Source of the DNA: an uncultured Candidatus Saccharibacteria bacterium
GTDB taxonomy: Bacteria; Patescibacteriota; Saccharimonadia; Saccharimonadales; JAGQNJ01
DNA length: 64,000 bases
Direction: 5' to 3'
Assembly (NCBI GenBank): GCA_964491925.1
Contig: CAZBGZ010000003.1
Location: 86,234 to 150,233 of the forward strand
Shown here: one piece after another, positions 40,095 to 47,062 of the stretch
Position numbering within the stretch: the stretch's first letter is position 1
Layout of the letters: each line of letters starts with the position of its first letter
Program-made: the position numbers and the translations under genes
Notes under the pieces: model-generated
What the model saw: the letters and a program-made list of their open reading frames with translations, nothing else
What the model was told of the DNA's origin: nothing
Database searches by the model: none

Positions 40095-40622
40095 TCACGA
40101 AACCAATATAATAACTGATGCCTGGAATAGTAGAACCATTATCATCTGGTATTTGTAGATTTTTTGCCGGTGAGAGCTAGCATAAATTAAGACTGAAAAC
40201 AGGCAAGCGTACAACACCGAGGCTAGATACTTTTGATATATTCCTGCCGGCAGGAATGCTATGCACAGAAGTCCTGCTGTTATGAAAGAGCCCCACATTA
40301 TCAGGGCGGCGATTGTGTGCAGCTTATTAGTTTTTCCACTGGCCGGCAGTAGCGCCTGCAAATACTCGAACCCTACGACCCAAATACTAAGGCCGAAAAG
40401 CCAGTCTATGTGAACAGTGTCTACGAAGTAGATTTTCGCGAATACTAACCAGAATGCTCCACCCAGCAGGTGGCCTGCAACGTATAGATAGTATGATTTT
40501 TTGTCTAATACGACGTGTTCACTGATAGACCATTTTCGGTTGCCTCTGTGAGAATACAATAGCCATCCGTGAACACCATTTATAAAAAATGCTGATAGCA
40601 AAAGTGCCAGTCGATAATCCAT
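40095..40622 (-). CDS. Five/six-TM membrane protein, hypothetical
   Basis: 175-aa hydrophobic ORF. No family recognised. Confidence 0.45.
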   Translation of the reverse strand: MDYRLALLLSAFFINGVHGWLLYSHRGNRKWSISEHVVLDKKSYYLYVAGHLLGGAFWLVFAKIYFVDTVHIDWLFGLSIWVVGFEYLQALLPASGKTNKLHTIAALIMWGSFITAGLLCIAFLPAGIYQKYLASVLYACLFSVLIYASSHRQKIYKYQMIMVLLFQASVIILVS

Positions 40623-40658
40623 AGTTCGATTATATGCTATACAGTTAATAAATTGGCT

Positions 40659-40687
40659 GAGCGTTAAGGTCTAGAACCTTATCGCTC
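40659..40687. other. 12-bp hairpin at the distal edge of the three-gene island
   Basis: gagcgttaaggt-ctaga-accttatcgctc (1 mismatch). No T-tract on the minus strand, where the island operon ends. Confidence 0.4.
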
Positions 40688-40711
40688 GCTTTTCCTCTAG
40701 AATTATAACAA

Positions 40712-40729
40712 AACGAGACAAACGAGACA
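40712..40729. repeat. Tandem direct repeat aacgagaca x2 abutting the stop codon of the island's last gene
   Basis: aacgagaca|aacgagaca at 40712-40720 and 40721-40729. The stop codon (cta, read on the plus strand) is at 40730-40732. Confidence 0.6.
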
Positions 40730-41335
40730 CTACAGCACGAGTTTTGAGATCGCACTTGCTAGTAAGGGCGCTACATGGCGTGAGGCTTCTTTGTTTGGAT
40801 GATTTTCCCAGAACGGCAGTCGTTGATATTTGCGTTGTAACATGTTTGCTTGTTTACCTCCTTCTGGTCCTGCTAATAGGTCGAAAAAGTTGAAGACTGT
40901 AACTCGTCTGTCTGTTTTAAGCTCACTAAGCCATGTTGCGAGTTCGCGTGCTCTCTTGGCATCTTTGGAGTTAGTATGAAGCGGTCGAAGTGGGGGTGTT
41001 GTCATGATAAGCAGCTTACCCTTCGAATGCTTCAAAAAGCCATCAATAATCATTGTGTACGATTGTTTAAGCTGCCCTAGCGCTTCGTTACTTCCAATAG
41101 CATTATTTGGGTAACAAGACTTAATAATTACTAAATCTTCATGACGGGAATTCTCACTAAAGTATTTGGCGTAGTCGACTGGTTTAGTGTCGTCAGCTGG
41201 TATGCCTTTCCGCTTATTGTTATCGATATCTTTAAAATCAATCGATGAGTCGATGTCAGAAATAAGCTGAGCTAGCTTGCCGTCATTGAGCAAGTTTTTG
41301 CCTATGGAGCGGTGGATGAATAGAACAGTTTTCAT
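40730..41335 (-). CDS. SGNH/GDSL-like hydrolase-fold protein (divergent), island gene 3
   Basis: Block-I-like VLFIHRSIG near the N-terminus, block-III-like CYPNNAIG, and block-V-like ENHPNKEASRHVA. The assignment is tentative. 4-nt overlap with the upstream gene. Confidence 0.4.
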   Translation of the reverse strand: MKTVLFIHRSIGKNLLNDGKLAQLISDIDSSIDFKDIDNNKRKGIPADDTKPVDYAKYFSENSRHEDLVIIKSCYPNNAIGSNEALGQLKQSYTMIIDGFLKHSKGKLLIMTTPPLRPLHTNSKDAKRARELATWLSELKTDRRVTVFNFFDLLAGPEGGKQANMLQRKYQRLPFWENHPNKEASRHVAPLLASAISKLVL

Positions 41336-42051
41336 GATTCTTTGGGCTTTATTCTTCTTCTTGCAGCAGGTTCAACAGCATACCGGGGAATACGGTCAAA
41401 TACAGTTGCTTTATCGTCAATATGCTCAACATTCCAGTATTCAGGAAGCTTAAAAGATAGTAGGCATATTCCAATATTCTCTATCTCTCGTGCAGCATAT
41501 GCGAACATTACCTTGGCTGATTCAGAGTTATTAAGATCTGGTAAATCTTTCTTGCCTCGGAGATCGCCATCATGCTCATGAGCGTTACGATTATCACGCA
41601 GCGTGTCCTGCCAATGTCTCTTCTGCAAATCGATCAGACCTTTGAAATTCCCGAGCTCAGGATACTTTTTGCAAAAAGCCTGAATCTGCACTTCGTATTG
41701 GCTATCGCCGGCAACAATTGCACCGGCTTCGTACCCAATGGAGCTCAAGAACTTTATTAAACGGTCTTTGTAAGCGCTCCAAAGTGAGCTGTACAAGGAA
41801 TTATATGCAGCATCCTGTTCGGATGTTGGCCTTGATCGGAATTCTTTGGCTTGGATCGTTTTGTAATGGTTACGTGCTTCATTAAGCTTTTCGTAGACAC
41901 GGTCGGCTCTGAAATCGGCATCATCTTTAATTTCGGGATCGGCTAATTTACTCACACCATCTTTTAAAAGTTGCCAGACGCTCTCAACTTCAGGATCTTC
42001 TGGGCCCCATTCAGCAGAGAGTGTAACATTTGGAACGGATATATCCGACAT
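41332..42051 (-). CDS. Hypothetical protein with a HEPN-like RNxxxH motif, island gene 2
   Basis: 239-aa soluble, helix-rich ORF. TLRDNRNAHEHDG contains RNAHEH (R-N-x3-H) and RDNRNAH (Rx5H), matching the HEPN Rx4-6H RNase signature. No other family recognised. Confidence 0.4.
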   Translation of the reverse strand: MSDISVPNVTLSAEWGPEDPEVESVWQLLKDGVSKLADPEIKDDADFRADRVYEKLNEARNHYKTIQAKEFRSRPTSEQDAAYNSLYSSLWSAYKDRLIKFLSSIGYEAGAIVAGDSQYEVQIQAFCKKYPELGNFKGLIDLQKRHWQDTLRDNRNAHEHDGDLRGKKDLPDLNNSESAKVMFAYAAREIENIGICLLSFKLPEYWNVEHIDDKATVFDRIPRYAVEPAARRRIKPKES

Positions 42052-42150
42052 AAGACTATTATACTGCTAAAACTTGATCCTTCTTCCATTTGGTCCTTCC
42101 ATACTCCACTAATCAGAATGCCGATCATACTACCTGGTTTCAGTTCGGTT

Positions 42151-43056
42151 TCAGCCTCGGCTTTTACTGGCTAATTTATTATATGTTACTGTCCATCGTG
42201 CATTATTTCCTATCGTGAAGCCTTTTAGGATATTGTTATTGGTTACCATGACGGGACTGACATGAGTCCCCTTGTCAGAGTTTTCTCCCGCCGCAATATG
42301 CTTATACACTAAATCTTCTGATAAATCTGGAATAATTTTTGCAGGGTCAACATAGCTGTATTCATTCTCAGCAATAACTCGCTCCGAGTACTTTCGTGGA
42401 ATACTGACTTGGTAAACACTTTCTCCTATTGTAGGATTATATTTTGCTTCATGTCTAATCATGTCCACTAGGATTCTTCCCATAGCCTTTGGACCTACAA
42501 GCCTGCCCTTTAAGCGCTGTGCTTTTCTTCGCGTTCCTGCTGTAACCTTTGAGGTAGAAAAATGGATTAGTGTATGGATGTCTCTGTCTGGAGGTAGCCT
42601 TAACATTTCAATTTGGTACCTTTTCACGTCTACAAGGTTAGACACTTGCCATATGATCGGGAATAGCTCATCTGGAGTGTTCATCCAAGTTGCAGCAATA
42701 AATGCTTGTCGTTTAAAATTATCTGGGATAATTGATGGTAACTTTTCTAAACTGTTTTGTGCTTTATCAAGGAAATGATCAAATAAGAGATTACTGTCAA
42801 CAGGCCTGCTTAAGAGCGTTTCTGCTATCCAGTCCTCAGTATTTAGTTCGGGCTTTGCAAGTTTTCGCTTCTTAGCTATCTCGAGTGTTGTAGGCAACTT
42901 GCTGAGGCCGGTATAGCCCACTATAGTATGCCAATCAAGGACGGTCGCCTTAATTGCGTTATCTGTCACTGCCTTCCATGTTCTAGAATCAGTAAGTCTC
43001 CTGTCCGATACTTGGATAATATAGTTGCTGGTTATTGCGGTAGCAATCATCGTCAT
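42151..43056 (-). CDS. Hypothetical protein with a proteasome-beta/HslV-like (Ntn-hydrolase) N-terminus, island gene 1
   Basis: The N-terminus MTMIATAITSNYIIQVSDRRLT...NAIKATVL...IVGYTGLS parallels proteasome beta TTIvgv...vvlAaDrRaT...K...G.aG. Thr2 follows the initiator Met, Asp is 16 residues later, and Lys and Gly have similar spacing. The rest (300 aa in total) is unrecognised. Confidence 0.35.
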   Translation of the reverse strand: MTMIATAITSNYIIQVSDRRLTDSRTWKAVTDNAIKATVLDWHTIVGYTGLSKLPTTLEIAKKRKLAKPELNTEDWIAETLLSRPVDSNLLFDHFLDKAQNSLEKLPSIIPDNFKRQAFIAATWMNTPDELFPIIWQVSNLVDVKRYQIEMLRLPPDRDIHTLIHFSTSKVTAGTRRKAQRLKGRLVGPKAMGRILVDMIRHEAKYNPTIGESVYQVSIPRKYSERVIAENEYSYVDPAKIIPDLSEDLVYKHIAAGENSDKGTHVSPVMVTNNNILKGFTIGNNARWTVTYNKLASKSRG

Positions 43057-43176
43057 ACGCTCATGATAACAGATATGGCAAATGGTCTAGGAACGCGGTC
43101 TGCAAGTTCTACTGCATGGCTCTTATGGGAGGAACCGGTCAGGAACAAAGATTATCTGATAGGCTACAGGGGTGAG

Positions 43177-43220
43177 AATAAAAATAGAGGCAATGGTCAC
43201 GGAACGTGATCATTGCCTCT
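43177..43220 (-). terminator. Rho-independent terminator separating the tRNA region from the island operon
   Basis: 15-bp stem agaggcaatggtcac/gtgatcattgcctct (1 GU), loop ggaac. On the minus strand it is followed by ATTTTTATT. Confidence 0.7.
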
Positions 43221-43233
43221 GTTATGCTTGCTC

Positions 43234-43255
43234 TGGCTGGGGATGAGGGATTCGA
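43234..43255 (-). repeat. 22-nt direct repeat of the tRNA-Gln 3' end (T-loop to CCA)
   Basis: tggctggggatgagggattcga is identical to 43418-43439, the 3' end of the intact tRNA-Gln. Confidence 0.9.
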
Positions 43256-43343
43256 CCTGCCTTTGGCAGGCCCGAAAGTTCACGATTGCAAGCATAGCTT
43301 GTATCGGAACATTTCCTTGCAAAATGCCACAGGCATTTTTCAC
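43256..43343 (-). repeat. Three-hairpin module, copy 1 (joins GATTGGG to the tRNA 3' fragment at the T-loop position)
   Basis: Minus strand: GTGAAAAATGCCTGTGGCATTTTGCAAGGAAATGTTCCGATACAAGCTATGCTTGCAATCGTGAACTTTCGGGCCTGCCAAAGGCAGG. Confidence 0.7.
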
Positions 43344-43385
43344 CCCAATCGCTGCGTCGGATGTTTGAAGCACTCAGAGCCATTT

Positions 43386-43409
43386 CAAAAAGCCCACGCT
43401 AGGTGGACT
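43386..43409 (-). terminator. Rho-independent terminator of tRNA-Gln
   Basis: Minus strand: AGTCCAC-CTAGC-GTGGGCT followed by TTTT. It is nested in the longer palindrome CCATTTCAAAG...CTTTTTGAAATGG. Confidence 0.65.
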
Positions 43410-43417
43410 CTTTGAAA

Positions 43418-43491
43418 TGGCTGGGGATGAGGGATTCGAACCCCCGATCGTGGAACCAGAATCCACTGCCTTACCACTTGGCCAATCCCCA
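43418..43491 (-). tRNA. tRNA-Gln (CUG), CCA encoded
   Basis: Reverse complement: TGGGGAT-T-GGCCAAGTGGTAAGGC-A-GTGGA-TTCTGGT-TCCAC-GATC-GGGGG-TTCGAAT-CCCTC-ATCCCCA-G-CCA. U1:A72 and the D-arm resemble E. coli tRNA-Gln. Confidence 0.9.
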
Positions 43492-43546
43492 GTATCTGCT
43501 TTATTTTACCCTAAAGTGGGGTTCGAATTATTAATTAGGGATTCGA

Positions 43547-43633
43547 GTCACCTATGGCGACCCCGAAACTACATCTTTCAAAACAAGTTTTGAAGGGTAG
43601 GTTTCCTTGCAGACAGCCACTGGCTATCTTCAC
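43547..43633 (-). repeat. Three-hairpin module, copy 2 (T-loop position)
   Basis: Minus strand: GTGAAGATAGCCAGTGGCTGTCTGCAAGGAAACCTACCCTTCAAAACTTGTTTTGAAAGATGTAGTTTCGGGGTCGCCATAGGTGAC. Confidence 0.7.
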
Positions 43634-43663
43634 CCCGATCGTGGAACCAGAATCCACTGCCTT

Positions 43664-43753
43664 GTCACGTTCCGCGACCCCAGAACTTTCTTACTATAAA
43701 CAAGTTCATAATCTGAAAGATTCTCTTGTAAAGTGCCACAGGCACTTCTCACG
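43664..43753 (-). repeat. Three-hairpin module, copy 3 (D-loop position)
   Basis: Minus strand: (C)GTGAGAAGTGCCTGTGGCACTTTACAAGAGAATCTTTCAGATTATGAACTTGTTTATAGTAAGAAAGTTCTGGGGTCGCGGAACGTGAC. Confidence 0.7.
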
Positions 43754-43857
43754 CTTGGCCAATCCCCAACGTCAACGTGTGCTTGTGATGTTAATATTCT
43801 GCCGACAAAATAAATTTGCTCGGCAAAATTGGTAACTTCACAAATCCGTTTCCTCTT

Positions 43858-43883
43858 AAATTCGTGAAAGGTCTCACGAATTT
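43858..43883 (-). terminator. Terminator hairpin downstream of eno
   Basis: Perfect 10-bp stem aaattcgtga/tcacgaattt with a 6-nt loop. The A/T tracts are part of the stem (bidirectional type). Confidence 0.55.
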
Positions 43884-43958
43884 GCGGAACATCTAAATGC
43901 AGATAACGGAGGTAATTGTAACAAAGTTACTCACTAATTACTAGATTAGATAGATAGT

Positions 43959-45206
43959 TTAGGCCTGGTTGAGGGTTTCGCCGATGCGTAGTAGTTCGTT
44001 GTATTTTGCTAGGCGCTCGCTACGGCTGAATGACCCAGTTTTTATATACGGTGCTCCTAATCCCACCGCTAGGTGGGCAATTGTAGTGTCTTCTGTTTCG
44101 CCTGAACGGTGTGAGATTATAGTTTTTAGTCCGGCTTTTTGGGCCATCTGCACGGCCTCTATCGTCTCTGTTAGGGTGCCGATTTGATTCGGCTTTATCA
44201 GTACGGCGTTACAAGAATTATTATCTATGGCCTTCTGGATGTATTTTGTGTTTGTAACTAGCAAGTCGTCACCAACCAACATTTTTTTATCCCTTAGAGA
44301 TTCTTGAAGTGTCCTCCAGTTATCCCAATCGTTTTCGTCCAAGCCATCTTCGATAGAAACTATCGGGTATTCGTTGATGAGTTCTTTGTAATACTGAATT
44401 ATCTCTGTAGAGTTGAGTTTTCGGTTTTCTGTCGCTAGATTATACAGCCCACTCTCAAACAATTCGCTAGCAGCAACATCCAAGGCTATACTAATATCTT
44501 GCCCTGGTGTATAGCCGGCCTCTGTGATAGCCTGAACTATTAGCTCTAGAGCCTGACGATTACTATCCAAGTGCGGTGCATAACCACCCTCATCACCAAC
44601 AGTTGTTGACTGATTGTTTTTTGTTAAAATCGCCCCAAGTGCGTGGAAAACTTCGCTACACATTTGCAGCGCAGATGAAAAGTCTTTTGCGCCATCAGGC
44701 ACAATCATAAATTCTTGAAAATCAGTTGATCCTTTGGCGTGTTTTCCGCCGTTAATTATATTGCACATTGGCGTTGGTAATGCCCGCTTAGAGTTGCCAG
44801 AAATACCAGCAAAATGTTGGTAGAGCGGAACGTTTTTGCTATTTGCCGCTGCATGTGCGCAGGCTAGGGAGACAGCCAGCATGGCATTCGCCCCAAGCTC
44901 GGACTTGTTCTCTGTCCCGTCTAACTGATTCATGGTTTCGTCTATCGATTGTTGATCACTAGCATCCATGCCTATCATGGCTGGCGCGATTTTGTCTTTA
45001 ATATTTGACAGGGCCTTATTGACGCCTTTTCCAGAGAAAGCCTTCTCTCCGTCGCGCAGCTCTAGCGCTTCGCTCTCACCAGTAGACGCACCAGACGGTA
45101 CGGCTGCTCGCCCTAACGTTCCATCATCCAAAATGACGTCGGCCTCGACGGTTGGGTAGCCCCGTGAGTCATAAATTTGTCTAGCGATGATTTGTTTTAT
45201 TGTCAT
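43959..45206 (-). CDS. eno: Enolase (phosphopyruvate hydratase)
   Basis: Start at the internal ATG (MTIKQIIARQIYDSRGYPTVEADV). SHRSGETEDTTIA and IKPNQIGT motifs. Confidence 0.95.
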   Translation of the reverse strand: MTIKQIIARQIYDSRGYPTVEADVILDDGTLGRAAVPSGASTGESEALELRDGEKAFSGKGVNKALSNIKDKIAPAMIGMDASDQQSIDETMNQLDGTENKSELGANAMLAVSLACAHAAANSKNVPLYQHFAGISGNSKRALPTPMCNIINGGKHAKGSTDFQEFMIVPDGAKDFSSALQMCSEVFHALGAILTKNNQSTTVGDEGGYAPHLDSNRQALELIVQAITEAGYTPGQDISIALDVAASELFESGLYNLATENRKLNSTEIIQYYKELINEYPIVSIEDGLDENDWDNWRTLQESLRDKKMLVGDDLLVTNTKYIQKAIDNNSCNAVLIKPNQIGTLTETIEAVQMAQKAGLKTIISHRSGETEDTTIAHLAVGLGAPYIKTGSFSRSERLAKYNELLRIGETLNQA

Positions 45207-45315
45207 AGGATAATAATATAGGACTTTCGTACTTTCTACTATCTGCAAACCTTACCTGGCGGGCTGTAAACAGCATAAAGTACAAAAGTCCTATGTAGCA
45301 GTAAAATTCCGATTA

Positions 45316-45324
45316 TGGCATAAT
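45316..45324 (+). promoter_or_regulatory. Extended -10 promoter (TGgCATAAT) giving a leaderless transcript
   Basis: TGnCATAAT ends 7 nt before the ATG at 45332. No SD. Confidence 0.4.
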
Positions 45325-45331
45325 TGAGCTA

Positions 45332-46342
45332 ATGGCTAAAATTTGCATTTATCACGCTAGCGACCAAGACAAAGAAGACTTCGCCGCTTTGTCAAAAGAT
45401 AATGAAGTCAAGTTTTTTGATGGCCCCCTATCTGCGGAGAACTACGAACCGGATGCAGAAATTATTTCTGTTTTTGTAGGCTGTAAAGTAGACGAGACAG
45501 CAATAAAAGCCATGCCAAAATTGAAGTTTGTGGCGTGCAGATCAACGGGGTATAACAACGTCGATCTAGTAAAGACGTCAAAGAAGAATATCTCTGTTTC
45601 TAATGTCCCAACATACGGCGAGCACACCGTTGCCGAATATACTATTGCATTGATGCTGGCTTTATCAAGAAAACTGATGGAGGCGATAAACCAGGCTAGG
45701 GTAGGAGAGATTAATGCAAATCTTGTGCACGGTCATGACCTTCACGGTAAGACCTTGGGGATAATAGGTTTGGGGAGAATCGGGAAAAACGTTGCAACTC
45801 TCGGGAAAGCCTTTGGCATGAAAGTTATAGGCTTTGATCCAGTCCCTGATGACGAATTTGCCGAGGACACAGGCATGCGGTTTGCCCCGCTAGACGAGCT
45901 TTTAAAAAGCTCTGATGTGGTCAGTCTGCACGCGCCGTTTACTGGCCGAAACAAGCATCTAATCGACAAAGACCAGTTATCGTTAATGAAGCGTGGGAGT
46001 TTATTGATCAACACTTCTAGGGGCGAGTTATTGGATACTCTGGCGCTTGTTGACGCACTGCAGTCAGGGCATTTAGGCGGGGCCGCCATAGATGTGATAG
46101 AAGATGAATCACTAATAGAAGTCGAGGAAGAAGAGCTGTTATTACGCAAGGGCAGAGCGCCTAAAAAGACTTTAGAAAATGCTATTGCTATCGATGTTCT
46201 GGGTAAAATGATGCATAACGTCATCATCACTAGCCACAATGCTTACAATACTCTTGAGGCTCTCCAAAGGATTAATAAGACAACGACAGAAAATATCCGC
46301 GCTTATTTATCAGGAAAACCTCAGAATGTGGTCACAAAATGA
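45332..46342 (+). CDS. D-isomer-specific 2-hydroxyacid dehydrogenase (D-lactate / phosphoglycerate dehydrogenase-like)
   Basis: NAD-binding GIIGLGRIGKNVA. Catalytic R/E/H region (NTSRGELLD...DVIEDE...TSHNAY). Confidence 0.8.
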   Translation: MAKICIYHASDQDKEDFAALSKDNEVKFFDGPLSAENYEPDAEIISVFVGCKVDETAIKAMPKLKFVACRSTGYNNVDLVKTSKKNISVSNVPTYGEHTVAEYTIALMLALSRKLMEAINQARVGEINANLVHGHDLHGKTLGIIGLGRIGKNVATLGKAFGMKVIGFDPVPDDEFAEDTGMRFAPLDELLKSSDVVSLHAPFTGRNKHLIDKDQLSLMKRGSLLINTSRGELLDTLALVDALQSGHLGGAAIDVIEDESLIEVEEEELLLRKGRAPKKTLENAIAIDVLGKMMHNVIITSHNAYNTLEALQRINKTTTENIRAYLSGKPQNVVTK

Positions 46343-46980
46343 GTAAAGTAGGCCAGTTAGTTGTGGCGCGGCATGGTGAATCCGAATGGAACGCTCTAGG
46401 CAAATGGACAGGCACAACGGATGTGCATCTTACCGCAAAAGGCTATCACGAAGCGGCATTACTGGGCTACAAAATAAATGATATCCCGATAGATATGTCG
46501 TATTGTTCCCAGCAAATTAGAGCATTGGAAACCCTAGAGGGTATGTTGGACGCATCAAAACAGTATGATGTGCCATATGAGAGAACAGGGGCTTTAAACG
46601 AGCGTGATTATGGTGACTTTACAGGAAAAAATAAGTGGCAGGTCCAGAAAGAAGTTGGTGATAAAGAGTTCGAGCGAATTCGTAGAGGATGGGATCATCC
46701 AGTGACCAACGGCGAAACCCTAAAAATGGTTTACGAGCGAGTTGTTCCTTTCTACAAGGGGACGGTTCTGCCGCAGTTGATCGAGGGCAAGAACGTACTA
46801 CTGGTTGCGCACGGTAATTCTATTCGATCTTTAATGAAATATATCGAATCAATTTCAGATAAAGATATCAGCAAATTAGAAATGATGTTTGGCGACATAC
46901 TAATTTACACCGTCGATAAAGACGGGAAAAAAGCTACAAAAAAAGTCCGAAAAATCGATACAACTCCGCCACCAGCCTAG
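46339..46980 (+). CDS. gpmA: 2,3-bisphosphoglycerate-dependent phosphoglycerate mutase
   Basis: RHGESEWN at the N-terminus, ERDYGDFTGKNK, and AHGNSIRSL. ATGA overlap with the upstream gene. Confidence 0.85.
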   Translation: MSKVGQLVVARHGESEWNALGKWTGTTDVHLTAKGYHEAALLGYKINDIPIDMSYCSQQIRALETLEGMLDASKQYDVPYERTGALNERDYGDFTGKNKWQVQKEVGDKEFERIRRGWDHPVTNGETLKMVYERVVPFYKGTVLPQLIEGKNVLLVAHGNSIRSLMKYIESISDKDISKLEMMFGDILIYTVDKDGKKATKKVRKIDTTPPPA

Positions 46981-47025
46981 AGTGTTGCGATCAAAGCTTG
47001 CTTATGCTATAATTAACTGAGATAG

Positions 47026-47048
47026 GCGCCTATCAGAAGGCGTTTTTT
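47026..47048 (+). terminator. Rho-independent terminator after gpmA
   Basis: gcgcc-tatcagaa-ggcgt followed by tttttt, preceded by the palindrome gataggcgcctatc. Confidence 0.55.
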
Positions 47049-47062
47049 AAATTATACAACTT

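Larger units (their letters stand above)
43537..43768 (-). pseudogene. tRNA-Gln pseudo-copy interrupted twice (D-loop and T-loop positions), lacking the 3' acceptor strand
   Basis: Minus strand: TGGGGATTGGCCAAG (43768-43754), module copy 3, AAGGCAGTGGATTCTGGTTCCACGATCGGG (43663-43634), module copy 2, TCGAATCCCT (43546-43537). It then diverges to AATTAATAATTCGAACCCCAC. All tRNA pieces are identical to the intact gene. Confidence 0.7.

Noticed and set aside
43234-43768. CRISPR array interpretation of the repeated units
   Set aside because: The repeats are about 88 nt and not identical. They have no regular spacing and no constant repeat alternating with unique spacers. No cas genes are present.
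40730-43800. Calling the region an intact integrative element or prophage
   Set aside because: No integrase, recombinase, excisionase or phage structural gene is present, and no second full att copy was found at the distal end. Only the tRNA-fragment scars and the three cargo-like genes remain.
43206-43835. ORFs 43206-43415 (69 aa) and 43554-43835 (93 aa) in the tRNA-Gln region
   Set aside because: They run antisense through tRNA-derived sequence and the repeated hairpin modules. They have no SD or promoter, and their sequence is explained by the RNA-like repeats.
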